The translations under genes were made by a program, and so were the position numbers. DNA of 63,262 nucleotides, counting the filler, from Guillardia theta CCMP2712 (lineage: Eukaryota; Protista; Cryptophyta), in NCBI RefSeq assembly GCF_000315625.1. It is 5 parts of 5 records of this genome, joined end to end, with 100 filler letters (N's around TTAATTAATTAA, not from the genome) between each part and the next. Parts side by side here need not be neighbours in the genome. Positions count along the whole stretch, not along the records: positions 44,118 to 49,863 come from NW_005434203.1; positions 49,964 to 61,358 come from NW_005434497.1; 3 more parts are not named here. One strand, given 5' to 3'. The stretch's first letter is position 1. Every line of letters starts with the position of its first letter. The notes beneath the pieces were generated by a model. The model ran no database searches. It had not been told where the DNA came from and worked only from the letters and a program-made list of their open reading frames with translations. Positions 46,631 through 59,719 of this stretch are shown here, piece by piece.

Positions 46631-47823
46631 ATGATGCTCTCATCCGCACAATCCCAGAGCTCTCCTGCTCCCTCCAACACTGACAGCCTCCCTGATGAGT
46701 CTTCGGCAGAATGCTCCGCAGGATTTCTCCGCTGCCCATCCCTTGACGAGGATTGCCCTGTTTTCCTCCAGCTTGCTTCCCACCATGATATGCTACACGC
46801 CGTCGAGATCAAAAGATGTCAAACGTTTGCCATCCGTCGATCCTCCCTCACCCTCGGCGACCTCCTTGGCGAGGGATCATCTGGCGAGGTCAGGAGCGCC
46901 CTCTACAATGGAAACGAGGTCGCCGTCAAGACCCTGTGCTCGAAGCTCGACGCCCGGTCCGAGGAGGGCAAGGATCTGCTCAAGGAGATCAGCATGATGA
47001 GCTATGCGTTCCGGCACAAGAACGTGGTGGAGTTCTACGGCATCTACGAGCACGACGGGCTGCCGTGGCTGGTGATGGAGCTGATGCCGGGGGGAGCCTG
47101 GAGCAGTACTACGAGGCCAAGAAGAAGTCGCGACGGGACGGGCGCTGGCGGCCCAAGACGAGGAGGGCAGTGTCGTGGGTGGAGGACATCCTGAGCGCGC
47201 TGGCGTACCTGCACGCGCAGAAGCCGCCGGTGATCCACCGAGACATCAAGCCGGCCAACATGCTGCTGACGGGGGACGGGAGGACGGTGAAGATCGGGGA
47301 CTTCGGGCTCAGCAGAAGGTGTCCTCATGCAGCTGCAGCATCAGGAAATTCGTCACCTCCGAGACCAGGCGGAAGTCCACAAGGAGACGCTGGTGGGATA
47401 GAAATTAGCCTTGACCTTACTGCGACAACGGGGACGTACCGGTACATGGCGCCGGAGATCTTCCGGGGAGAGGGTCAGTACACGGCGGCGGTGGACGTGT
47501 ACTCTTTCTCGCTGGTGATGTGGTACATCTTCGCCGGGGAGCATCCCTTCTGCAACATCGACGGACACTCGGTGGCCAGCATGGCAGCAAAGTACGACTT
47601 CCGTCCTTCGGTTTTGAGCGAGCGAATGATGCCGAGGGAGCTACAAGAGATGATGGGGCGATCATGGGCGGGGATGGCAGAGGACAGACCGAGGGCGGCG
47701 GAGCTTCTTGAGGAGATCGAGGCATGGCGGGGCAGAAAGGCCGCCTGCAGTCTTAGTGGCTATTTGTCATGGAGAAGTAGTCCAAGTCCCGGGCCTGGAC
47801 TATCAAGATCAGAGACCTGGTAA
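46631..47823 (+). CDS. Intronless TKL/Raf-like protein kinase with a single frameshift in a G-run
   Basis: LGEGSSGEV, VAVK, HKNVVEFYG, HRDIKPANML, IGDFGLS, GTYRYMAPE, DVYSFS. One extra G at ~47089-47095 joins ORFs 46592-47194 and 46816-47823. Confidence 0.88.
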
Positions 47824-47829
47824 TCTGGT

Positions 47830-48545
47830 GTGACTTAATCATGTCACACTGGTTGCTGCCGGGCCGCTTGGCACAGGCTGCGGCTCCGCCGGGCCCAAGT
47901 TTCAAGGCCCTGAGGGCCCGGCGTCACGGTGCGGTACCGTTAGTTTAAGTCCACCGTGACTTCGTTCTACTGCCATCTCGAAATAAATCCGCCGAGCGGC
48001 GATGATGCCTGATTCGGATGATCTCTGAGCCAAGCTTGAAAGCGCGGCCTGAGCCTAGTACTATCATTCTCAGTGCCAGGGTACTCGCCGCTCAGCGGCC
48101 GCCGCTGCTGACTCAGTGAGCCACCGGGGTGGCCGGCGCCGGGTCCGGCGAATCGGACCAGCGGCCGGCCGCTGAGCCTGCGGCCTGAGCCCACTCAGCG
48201 GCGCGAGCCGGGCCCCGGCGGCGTCCGATCTCGGGCCCGGGCCGACCGTCGGACGGTGCGGTGCGGCGGGCCGGGGGGGCGCCCGCCGGGGCCACCCGTG
48301 ACCGTCCGTGGGCCGATACGGTCCGTCGCCGTGACTCGGGACGGTCCCGGAGGCCCACACTGCCGCACGGTTGGACACTCGCGGCCTGATTGCCGCAGCC
48401 TCCGAGGCTCCCCGCGGCCGCCGGGTGACCGCCCGGGGCTCGGGAGTCGGATTTACTCAGGTTGCCCCCGTCCTCAGTCCGGTTACGTGCCGGGCCCGGG
48501 GTGCACTGCGGCGGGCCGGGCCCGCTCAGCGGCGGCCGCCGTGCG
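47830..48545. promoter_or_regulatory. Very GC-rich intergenic island rich in CCGG/GGCC and TGACTC/GAGTC motifs
   Basis: Composition; similar islands at ~8600-8870, 11100-11720, 26390-26870, 46090-46150 and 55990-56290, mostly near gene 5' ends. Confidence 0.4.
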
Positions 48546-49421
48546 ACTCAATAACCTTCTGAACCTACGACACCTTTGTTGGGGGATGAGGGGACGCATT
48601 GACCCTGACGGGGTCAACGCGCAATCCTTTTTTGCAGTTTAATTTTGAGAAACACGTCAATATTCTTATCTGATTTTGAAATTATCAGGAACATTATTTG
48701 AAAATATTGCTTGAAACTTTTGGAACCCCATGCAGGGAAGGGGTTCAACAGTAGTAGCATTGGCGGCGGCCGCCATGCAAACGTGCGGACGAGGATGGCG
48801 AACGTGAAAGGGGGGTGAGGGCGATAGCGGGAACGAGGATGGCAGGGACATTCATGCAATCATGAGAGGAGGAGACTTGTGTGGAAGGGCATGACGAGGA
48901 GGGAGTGAGAGGAAGGGAAGGGAAGGAGCAAGTAGCGCAATGAAGAAAGCGTATGGGATGCACGAGAGGAATACACTCGAGAAGATGAGGGAAGTGAGTA
49001 AGAAGGACCATCAGTTGATTAGATGAAAGATTAGATGAGATGGTTCGGATGATGAGACCTTGCAATGCGATCTTCGTGAACCCGCCAATGTGATTGAAGG
49101 AAAGGGATGTATCAAGGGCGAGTTGGAAAATGTGACGATTAGCAGCGGAGAAAGGAACTTAGAGAGCATGCAGTGTAATGGACATAGAATTCAGGTAACA
49201 CGTGCACAAGACACGAGAGAGAGGAGAAGAAGGAGGTGAAGAGTTGCTCGATGAGTAGATTTGGGATCAGTGCAAACATAGCTTTCATCAAGCAATAGAA
49301 CTAGGTGGCAAGTCGGAAATTGTATGTTCTTTGATGCCGAACGATTCATTGAGATCAATTATGACCATTCATCCATATGATTGCTACATCTCCATGAGTT
49401 CTCTCCAGCAGGTCTACTCCA

Positions 49422-49512
49422 ATGATCCAGCAGGTCGTTTACCTCCAGGTCGCTCTGCTGATATGGCAGGCGACGCCTGTCGCCTCCTTCTCCTTCCCCC
49501 TTGCAGGAGCAG
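49422..49512 (+). CDS. First exon encoding a putative bipartite plastid-targeting leader; rest of gene lost in or after the gap
   Basis: MIQQVVYLQVALLIWQATPVAS|FSFPLAGA followed by a GTGAGC donor; the AS-F motif matches the cryptophyte/stramenopile signal-cleavage + Phe rule. Confidence 0.45.
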
Positions 49513-49566
49513 GTGAGCCCTTGTTGCCTTCTTCTCTGGCTCGGGAAAGAGAGCAGACAGAAGGAG

Positions 49567-49800
49567 GAGAGGAGGAGGAGAGAATGAGGGAGAGGAGGAG
49601 AGAATGCGGGAGAGGAGGAGAGAATGAGGGAGAGGAGGAGAGAATGAGGGAGAGGAGGAGAGAATGAGGGAGAGGAGGAGAGAATGAGGGAGACGAGGAG
49701 AGAATGAGGGAGAGGAGGAGAGAATGAGGGAGAGGAGGAAAGAGTGAGGGAGAGGAGGAGAGAATGAGCGAGAGGAGGAGAGAATGAGGGAGAAGAGGAG
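49567..49800. repeat. 20-nt minisatellite (GGAGAGAATGAGGGAGAGGA)x~11
   Basis: Directly visible. Confidence 0.9.
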
Positions 49801-50679
49801 AGGATGATGGAGTATGGCCAAACGAGGGAAGAATGGAGGAGGTGGAGGCAATGGGATGAGGTANNNNNNNNNNNNNNNNNNNNNNNNNNNNNNNNNNNNN
49901 NNNNNNNTTAATTAATTAANNNNNNNNNNNNNNNNNNNNNNNNNNNNNNNNNNNNNNNNNNNNGGCAGGTTGTCAAACCTCTCGGGTCATCGGCTGGTGG
50001 TCGACAAGCTCGTCAAAGACGGGAACTTGCAGCCCAGCTTTCTTCTCCCAGTGCATTGAAGTCTGCGATCAAATGGAGGATCAGAACAGACGATAAAGTC
50101 GTCGTCATCATCATAATCATCATCTTGATCATCATAAAAAGCATGATCGTCATCGTCATCGTCATCGTCGTTATCATCATCATCACCCTCAGCTCCAACT
50201 TCGGCTTTGTCGCATTGACGAAAGTCTGATTCAAGTCCCTTGGAAGAGGATGTTAACATCTCCTATCCTCCTCTTCGTCGTCTCACTTCTTCTCTGGCAC
50301 GATATCTCCGCTCTCTGACACAGCAAGGATGCTTGACTAGAGTAGACAAGACGTCAGGGCCATGTAAGCACTTATTCCTCCTCACCTTCTCTCGTATCCG
50401 AGCTGCCGCTACGTTGAAACCTTCGGATGGTGAAAGTGTCATTGCCCTCTTCGTCACATTCACAAACCTCCTCTCCCTTTTCCGCCATGTCCTCCGTCTC
50501 CCAAGTTCTTCTGCACCTCCGCCTCCTCTACACTTCTCCTCTTCCCCACCTCTCCTCCTGCTCCCCCGCTGTATGTTCTTGCTCGGATGTGGATGTGCCA
50601 AAATCTCTTCGACCCTCTGCTCTCTCGTTCGCTCCCCTTCTCTTTCTCCTCCTCTCTCCCTGTCCCATCTCATCATTAC

Positions 50680-51417
50680 CTTCAACTTCAGGGTCGTCAA
50701 GAGCGATGTACCACCCCACAATGTGCGACCAGCCGTTATGAAACCAAGTCAACTGCCTCCTTGCAGCCCTGCCGAATCCATTGAGCACAAGAGCAACAGA
50801 CAAGTTCGCGATCAGAATTCATCTTCATCTTCACACCACCATCGCAAAACCAAATTTGTCCATGACAGTCTCTATTCTCCGCTTCCCTCCCCCTCGTTCT
50901 CCCCTTCCCTCTCCTTCTGATCACCACCACCACCACCACCATCGCTACACATCTTACATCCAGAGGTCTGATTGGATCGTAGTGAACTTCCTCTGGCCAG
51001 GCCATCCGAAAAATCCTGAGGACGCAACGTCAGGAAGAGTTAGGGAGAGTTTTCAATGATGAGACCTGTGACGACGAGGAAGTTAAGGATGGTTGTCATG
51101 GACAGCAAACTGCCGAACAAGAACACCAACAGTACATTGTTGCTGCCGCCACGTCAAACCGCATGTCTCCTCAGGAGACGGCTCAACGCACCTGATGGAG
51201 AAGAGCAGCCGGTACAAGAAGGATCGCCGGACATCTTTCACTTTCCCCTTGGAGAGTTGCTGCAAGACAACGTAAGTTCACGAGCAAGTACATTCCGACC
51301 TGACCAGAGGCAATTGAGCGCTAGGGCGTCTCTTGTACACAGTACACTTGAGGATCAATCCCACGAGCGACAGGAGGCTGATCAGAGAGAGCGGAAGTAG
51401 GAGACCAAGGAGGAAGC
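50680..51417 (-). CDS. Multi-pass membrane protein exons (weak DUF2985-like similarity); partial model
   Basis: Exons GFLLGLLLPLSLISLLSLVGLILKC, QLSKGKVKDVRRSFLYRLLFSI, NNVLLVFLFGSLLSMTTILNFLVVT, GFFGWPGQRKFTTIQSDLW and ILIANLSVALVLNGFGRAARRQLTW; one junction could not be resolved. Confidence 0.45.
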
Positions 51418-53210
51418 CTGAAGAACGAGACGTGAGCGGGAACTAGCCCCTTCAGTCACATGATTTCATGACCTTGCACCAGCAGCAGCCAATTATCTGG
51501 CCACCAGTTCCTGCAAGGCATGTGTTTGAGCGAACATGTCGAGAGTGTTGTCTTGGTTTTTTACCATGCCATCACGATGCTTTTTCCATACCCACAGTCA
51601 CCTCATATCAGCACTTCGATACATTCCTTGGCAGCGAATGATAGTTCACGGTCGAGAAAGTTTCAAACTTTTGGGCGCCAAAGCTCGAAACCAAGTTTAC
51701 CAGAGAGCAAACAAGACTGCATGCTCTGCCGTCTTCGTTCCTGCTGCGAAGACAGGTATCAATAACCGGATAGTTCCGGCAGCGGATCCATGGCGAAATT
51801 CGTGATGATTGTACAGCTTTTGTCTTAATTTCTCCTTGTTATTTCAACCTTTCCTGGATGCGATCTAATCGTCTTCTGCCCATCTCTCAATCTCCCCACC
51901 TCTGTCTGCTCATCTGGACAAAACAAGACACCTACCTGTCCTCTCCACGATCCTCTCTTTCCCTCCATTCGCTGATTCCCCGTGTCGTCAACGTCAGGAT
52001 CTTCAACGACATCACTCCTTGCCTTGCTCACTGCTCCCTCAACCCTGAGACTTTCTCCTTCCTCTCTGCTCCTTTCCGACCTCCTGATCCTCCCTCACCC
52101 ACATCCCCAAATCCAATGATGAATGGAGTCTTGCCCAGCCTCCAAACCTCTGCCTTTCAGTCTTACTGCTTGAAATGTACATCGTGAAGAGCTTTCTCTC
52201 CTTTCCCAGCATGCACACCTTACCCGTCTCTAAAGATCATCTCATTCCTGCTCCTCCTTCATGCCCTCTCCATCCCATCCCATGCCATCTTCTATCATCA
52301 TGATCCCTCGTACCTTCGTCCTTGTTCTGCTCTCCTCTCTCCTCTCCTCTCTCCTCTCTCCTCTCCTCTCCTCTCTCCTCTCCTCTCTCCTCTCTCCTCT
52401 CCTCTCTCCTCTCTCATCTTATCTCAGCTCCTCTCCTCTCCTCTCCTCTCCCATCCATCCCTCGCTCTCCCCGTCTCGAATCTCCACCATGGAGACGAGC
52501 TGCGAGTTCGTAGAGGAAGATCCGCTGGTAGGTAGGGGTATACAATCACCGGTGCTATTCAGGTAGAAATCGTTGGAAAGGTAGGGGTAGTAAAAGTCAA
52601 GCGATGGGTAGGACCCATCATTTGTCAGATTCGTTTGGGGATGAGGGTCACACATCAGATGTCAATATGTGTTTTAATATTATAACAGCTTTCATATCTT
52701 TTGTACCATTAATTTTATATATACAATATTTATAAAAATAGTTGAGGGAGGCGTGGCACTGGCACTGGCACTCATACCATCATGAGTGCGGTAGTGATCC
52801 GTTTTAGGGGGTGAGGGGTAGTGTTGAAGGTAGCTCATCGTATAAGGGTGGGATATGGAGTATATTTTATTATTGTTCGATACAGTAAATATTCATAATA
52901 TAGGGGGCAAGTATGACTCAAGAAAAAAGAGGGGTAGTGGAAATCGAGGGGGTGGGGTGAGGGGGTGGGGTGGTTTCAATCCGATAGATTCATGCCCACC
53001 AGCAGTCTGGAGGTAAGCACGATGGGGCGACGAGGCCCGGAGCAGGAGTAACAGGAGCAGGAGGAAGAGAAGTAGTAGCTGAAGTAGGAGGAGGGAGGAG
53101 GGATGGAAGAGGGTGGAAGAAAGGTGAGAAGGGAAAGAAAGAGGGGAAGATAAGTGTACTTTAGAAACTGTCGGGATGACCGGAAGGTATACAAGATCAG
53201 AAGTTTTCAA

Positions 53211-55785
53211 GATGAGCTTTGCGATCCAGATCATGAAGAATGGTGGAGATGAGATAGGTGAAAGAAAGTGAGTGCAACCGAGAAGATGGATAAGTTTCAT
53301 GAGGACAAAGCTGAGCTCATGGGTAAGACGCAGAAAGGATGTCCTGCTGTGCAAGTGCACAAGATGTTCATATCGACTGGTCACGACATGTCAGTGATTC
53401 GAGTAGTCACCTGCATTAGATCAAAACATCTCACATCATCATACTGGTGCGCAACTTGAGAGTTGCTCAGGTTCGCTAGGATGCGGATATACCATCGCCT
53501 CACGGCCGTGGGGCCGCCTTCGTGCTGCTCCTCAACTTGGCGATCTGTGGGGTCCTGGAGGAAGCAGGTGAGAGCATTTGTTCTCTTCCTCTGAACCTCA
53601 TCGTGCACTTTCATCCTCTGACGATCTTGTTTGCAGTGCATGAGGTATGAAGATTGTCACCCCAGAACTGCCACTGACCTTGGGATGTGCTACCCCGCGA
53701 CCAGTCGTCTGCGATCGAGTTCCTTCACGAGAAGAATCAAACTGTGCTCGTGCTGGGAAGTGGCGGACTAGTTGGACAGTGAGTTCCTAGCTGTGTGTGA
53801 GCGGACCATTATCCTTGACTTTTACCGGCCAGGGAGGTCGTCCGTTGGCTGAGACAGAATGTGCTGATTTGTGAATGATGACATTCGTACAGACTGATGA
53901 TGTTGCGATAGGGATACAATATCGCACATGTAAGGAACAGACTGCACATAGACCTTCGCGAGCATGGTTTCATTGATCGCAAACGCAGAAAGTATGAGTT
54001 AACAGGTTACTTAGGCGCGCTGGGTGTATTCAACGGCACTAAGATAGATCACTGCATGTTCTTGGCTTGTGAGGTGAGTTGTGTGAGAAGTCGCTGCTGA
54101 GACTGGAAGCTCATGTTTGTTATGTGCAGGTGGGTGGAAGCAAATTCATTGAAAGCTCCGCTCAGAACTTACAAGTGAGCTTTGCACCCTTATCTTCATG
54201 TTCATTTCAACAAGTGACGGTTGTGAAAGCTTGGAATCATCGAGAGCAATCTCAGGATATATCAGGTGTCACAGATTAAGTTCGTTGAGAACAGTCGGAC
54301 AGAGCTGATCGTCTGTCCTTCTAGAACGTCCTACCGTGGCTCGCTGACCGCAAGATACCTTTCACTTTCACCTCCTCCTATTTGCAGGTTACAGATACCC
54401 TCCATGATACATACTATCTTTCCGTTGATGTCCTCCATCTGACATCTGTTGATGTCCTCTACGATGCATCACATCTCATCTGTCGATTCTTTACGATACA
54501 GCCCATGTCTTCATTTGACATCTCATGAGCAGGGAACGGAAAACTCCTACGGGGTCGTCAAGAGGCTGGGCGAGCAATGGATCCGAAACTTGGACGGGCT
54601 AGGTATGCCTCGGCACTGGGAAATGAGCAGCTGACGGCAGGGATAGGAAAAACTTTGAGGCTATGGAACGTGTATGGGGCAGAGGCTATAGGGCTCAAGA
54701 GGTAAGAGAGTTACTCCTCCCCACCACCTCCCTCCCTTCCCTCCCTCCCTCCCTCCCTCCCTCCCACTCTTGCTTCTCCTCCCTTCAATCTCCCCACCCT
54801 CTTCTCCCTCCCTCTCTTCCCTTCTCATGACGATCTTGTAGTCATGTCTTGTCGGACTGGGCCCAGCAATGTGTCCAGCAGGTAGAGGGGATGAAGTTCC
54901 AGTGGTGGAAGCAGTGATAGTGGTGTTAGGGGTCAGCGACGTCGCGAACGGATGGTCTAGAGGAGCGACAGGTAACGCAGGAGCAGGGGAAGCGAGCGTG
55001 ACGATGGGCTCAGTTCGTGCATGTCTCGGACGTGGCGGACGCCCTTGGCGTCGCCATGCTGCATCATCAAGGTGGGCGGGTTGCGAACTTGTTGTCTTGC
55101 TCAACATGGTTGGCAGCACTTCCGTCGGAGACCGACATTTCCACCGGGGAGTGGATAAACATGAGGACGGCAGCTAATGGTGCCTGCCTGACCGTTTCCT
55201 CTGTTCACCTCGCACTGACTGTCCTGCCCGTCAAGAGCTGGAGATGGCTGCGAGGCAGAAGTCGCTGGACTGCCATGTCTCCTTCAGGTGGACTTTGGTG
55301 AATCGCCCGGCCCAGACTCGCTAACTTGCTTCGTCTGTAGCGAAACCCCAGCGACCCATAGGGAGAGATTATCTCCGGTGAAGGATACCCATGTCGCGCT
55401 CCTCCCGTCTCACACTTGTCGTCATGCAGAAGTTTAACAGCATGTTGCATGAGATCTGGCAACCTCAAGTGAGTCTCCGAGATGGCTGCAGGTGCGTGTC
55501 TATCGCCCCCCTCCTGCCTTCCTCCTCCCCTTCATTCTAAGATCCTCCCGATCCCGTTGAGCCTTGCTGTGTATCCTCTGACTCCACTTCTTTTCTTCTC
55601 TCATGTTGGTATCTCATCGCTGTGTTTCACATTCATTCTCCTTGCTATCGCATACCACCTCCATCTCTCCTCTCCCTCCTCCGATACCTGTTGCTCAAAC
55701 TCGCTGACTTCGTATGGGCAGGAGGGTGCTCGAGAGCTACTTAGATGCTGCAGATTGCAAGAAAGAAGAAATCCCTTCAGGTTAG
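53211..55785 (+). CDS. NAD-dependent nucleotide-sugar epimerase/dehydratase (extended SDR), many small exons
   Basis: Spliced sequence: TVLVLGSGGLVG (GxxGxxG), HCMFLACE-VGGSKFI, IIESNLRIYQ, IPFTFTSS, SYGVVKRLGE (YxxxK), LRLWNVYG, KSHVLSDW, DGLEERQ-FVHVSDVADAL, WQPQVSLRDG; stop 55783-55785. Start uncertain. Confidence 0.85.
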
Positions 55786-57385
55786 GAGCAGCTTCGACAA
55801 ATCGCAACTAGTGATAAACTGCAGTGCTATTTCCCTCCCTTTCATCCCCCCAAGTTGACCTCGTATGCTCGTTCAGGGCCTCCCCTCCTCCCAGGAGTTC
55901 TTCTTTCAGCCATTATTCTTCATCTTCGCTCTAATTTCAAGTTTGCGCCCCCTCCTCCCTCCTCTGACTCAGTACTTCAAGTTCCGTCAAACTGGCCGCG
56001 CCGAATCAGTCCGTGATCATTAGTCCTATCAGTCGCCGGCATGATCCGGGGCGATCGGACCGCCTCCGGGAGTCCTCACAGTCAGGCAAGTCCGGGCCTC
56101 CAACTGGCCGGGCCGCACGAGCCGCCGCCGGGTCGTCCGAGGCTACCCGGGCCAGTGATCTCAGTCAGTAACACTAACGACATGATCGGACTCTCCCCGA
56201 CTCCCCGGCGGCCCGGCCCGGACTCCCGAGGCCGCTTTGAACCTTCGGACGGCGCACCCGGCCGGGCTGGCTGCCAGAGTTGTGGCATCAAGATGGAATC
56301 TCTGTCCAAAATTTGATAATTGTAGAGTTTCATTTTGAAATTTCGGAGATTTGGGGAAGTTAAAATCCCTGGAGGGGAAACGAGAACGAAAAAAGCATTT
56401 GTACCCATCTGTACCGTGTTTGACTTTTAAAAGATATTCATATGTTTAATACAATAATTTTAACTCTAAATTAGTAGATGACATTGTAATAAAAAAGAAA
56501 TCATTAACTCCTTGTACAAATTAAAACTTAATCCAAAACTGTTGCGACATCGTTCACAGTGCTCTAGCACGCGGTGATGCTGCTGGGGAGGACATGGCGG
56601 GAGGGAGGAAGGGAAAGAGATGAGGAAGAGAGAGGAGGAGGAGGGAGAAGGAGAGAGGAGGAGGGAGAAGGAGAGGGTAGGAGAGAGGAGGAGGATGTGA
56701 GGACGATGATGATCTCGATAGAGGAGGAGGAGAGAGATGCAGTGCAGAAGAGAGAGGAAAACCAAGGGGTACAGTGTATGGTTGAAGAACAGCGGATTGA
56801 AGGGACTTGGAAGACAGGATGCGAGGAAAGTAGGGAAAAGTCAGGAGGAGAGGGGAGGTGGTGAGTACATCAAAAGAATAGAAAAGCAAAGCTGAGAGGG
56901 AGTAGCGAGAAGGTTAGAAAGGGTGGTATTGAGAGCATGAGGGTTTGAGAAGTGAGGAATACAAACGAGCGACGAAGAGATCATGGATAGGAAGGATGAA
57001 ACGACAGGAGGAGGACCAGGACCAGGACCAGGACCAGGACCAGGACCAGGACGGTGAAGAGATTGAGGAGCAGCTAGAGAAGGAACAGGAGGGGTCATTC
57101 GTCAGGAATGAGACGGGAGATTGAATTGTGATGGACAAGTAAATCGTAAGGGCGATAGCTGAGGGGAATCACAAAGAGTCGGGCAAGACGCGGGCAGGAG
57201 GATGAAGATAGGGTCATGCAGATGGTGAATGATAAAGGAAGAAGGGCACTGTGTGATGAATGCGAGTGATGTTGGTGGGTTGCTGAATCGTTTGTTTGAA
57301 GATATTTCTGCCCTTGCCAAGGGAGATGAGTGCAATTCAGTCTTGACGCGAAAAGATTCCTGCTCGCTCTTTCCCTTCCTCCAAG

Positions 57386-58572
57386 ATGGCGTCGACAAGC
57401 TTCATCCTTTTCCTGGTGGTGAGCCACATGACCGTGTCGTCGACCATGTTGGTCTTGAACAAGGTCAGTGTTCACATGCCATCCAAACTCTCTGTGAGGG
57501 CTTCACAGGCTGTGTTGAAGCTGATTCCAGCGGCGACAACTGTTCTTCTCTTCCAAGTGACTCGCAGCCCTGTCCCCTCACGACCTCACCGCACCTTGCA
57601 CTCCAGGTTGGATCTTCCGCCATTCTCTTGTATGGCCTCGGCAAGATGAACGTGATCAGGGTGTGTACATCCTTGTCTTACCGGGCAGACGATGCTGATG
57701 TGATCTTCAGGTTGATCCCTTCGAGCTGACGACAGCCAGAGCATTCTTCTGGAATGCCGTCGCTTTCATGATCCTCCTCTTCACCAACGCAAAGGTAACA
57801 AGCAGCTCCCGTCCTGCTGGCGCGTCCGCCTCACCGCTGCTGGCCCAGGCGCTGGAGGCTGCCAACGTCGAGGCCGTCATTGTGTTCCGAACTCTCTCGA
57901 TCTTCGTCACGGCCTATGGAGACTTCCGCCTGCTGCAGGTGCGAGACGTGGAGTAGCAGATGTAGCAGTAGGAGGAGGGGGGTGGAAGGGTTGGGGGTGG
58001 GGGGGGAAGGGAGTTTGCTTCTCTGCCCTTACCCTTTCGGTCAGGCACGAGCGCTGAGCATGGAGGCAATCGGAGCGCTATGTTTGGTCGTGTTGGGAGC
58101 CATCGGGTGAAGACTGAGCTTGCTGGGATGTTGGGTTTGATTGCTTACGACGCTTCTTTGCGACAGGTTTGTGCTGAGTGACAAGGGTTTCGTGATCAGC
58201 AACATGTTTTGGGTGTTCATCTATGGATGTGCAAACGCTGCTTATCCGCTCGTCACCAAAGTGAGAGGAGCCTGGATTGACTTCGCATCGCTGACTTCTC
58301 CCTCCGCCCCCCCTTCCCGTTGCCTCGTCAGATGGTGATCAGATCGAATGACATGACTTCGTGGGGAAGAACTTACTACAACAACTTGATGTAAGCGCAC
58401 ACTTCCCCCCCGCTTCTCCTCTCTCCTCTCCCTTGGTGTCCTCCCTCCCTCCCTCCCTCCCTCCCTCCCTCCCTCCCTCCCTCCCTCCCTCCCTCCCCCT
58501 TCGCAGCAGCCTGCTCATCCATGTTCAGGACGTTCCTCGTGTTTCTTCCTGGAGTATTTGTCCTGGGGGAGC
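57386..58572 (+). CDS. Nucleotide-sugar transporter (DMT/TPT family, GONST3/4 GDP-sugar transporter-like), truncated by gap
   Basis: Spliced: MASTSFILFLVVSHMTVSSTMLVLNK-AVLKLIPAATTVLLFQ-...MILLFTNAK-ALEAANVEAVIVFRTLSIFVTAYGD...WGRTYYNNLM-TFLVFLPGVFVLGE. Confidence 0.85.
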
Positions 58573-59001
58573 NNNNNNNNNNNNNNNNNNNNNNNNNNNN
58601 NNNNNNNNNNNNNNNNNNNNNNNNNNNNNNNNNNNNNNNNNNNNNNNNNNNNNNNNNNNNNNNNNNNNNNNNNNNNNNNNNNNNNNNNNNNNNNNNNNNN
58701 NNNNNNNNNNNNNNNNNNNNNNNNNNNNNNNNNNNNNNNNNNNNNNNNNNNNNNNNNNNNNNNNNNNNNNNNNNNNNNNNNNNNNNNNNNNNNNNNNNNN
58801 NNNNNNNNNNNNNNNNNNNNNNNNNNNNNNNNNNNNNNNNNNNNNNNNNNNNNNNNNNNNNNNNNNNNNNNNNNNNNNNNNNNNNNNNNNNNNNNNNNNN
58901 NNNNNNNNNNNNNNNNNNNNNNNNNNNNNNNNNNNNNNNNNNNNNNNNNNNNNNNNNNNNNNNNNNNNNNNNNNNNNNNNNNNNNNNNNNNNNNNNNNNN
59001 N

Positions 59002-59233
59002 CGGCAAGATGAACGTGATCAGGGTGTGTACATCCTTGTCTTACCGGGCAGACGATGCTGATGTGATCTTCAGGTTGATCCCTTCGAGCTGACGACAGCC
59101 AGAGCATTCTTCTGGAATGCCGTCGCTTTCATGATCCTCCTCTTCACCAACGCAAAGGTAACAAGCAGCTCCCGTCCTGCTGGCGCGTCCGCCTCACCGC
59201 TGCTGGCCCAGGCGCTGGAGGCTGCCAACGTCG
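59002..59233 (+). repeat. Exact 232-nt duplicate of 57639-57870 between two gaps (likely assembly artefact)
   Basis: Identical including the introns; flanked by N on both sides. Confidence 0.85.
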
Positions 59234-59719
59234 NNNNNNNNNNNNNNNNNNNNNNNNNNNNNNNNNNNNNNNNNNNNNNNNNNNNNNNNNNNNNNNNNNN
59301 NNNNNNNNNNNNNNNNNNNNNNNNNNNNNNNNNNNNNNNNNNNNNNNNNNNNNNNNNNNNNNNNNNNNNNNNNNNNNNNNNNNNNNNNNNNNNNNNNNNN
59401 NNNNNNNNNNNNNNNNNNNNNNNNNNNNNNNNNNNNNNNNNNNNNNNNNNNNNNNNNNNNNNNNNNNNNNNNNNNNNNNNNNNNNNNNNNNNNNNNNNNN
59501 NNNNNNNNNNNNNNNNNNNNNNNNNNNNNNNNNNNNNNNNNNNNNNNNNNNNNNNNNNNNNNNNNNNNNNNNNNNNNNNNNNNNNNNNNNNNNNNACTTC
59601 CTCCTCCTCCTCCTCCTCCTCCTCCTCCTCCTCCTCCTCCTCCTCCTCCTCCTCCTCCTCCTCCTCCTCCTCCTCCTCCTCCTCCTCCTCCTCCTCCTCC
59701 TCCTCCTCCTCCTCTCCAT

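Noticed and set aside
59002-59233. Tandem duplication of the transporter gene
   Set aside because: 100% identical including introns and isolated between gaps; redundant contig more likely
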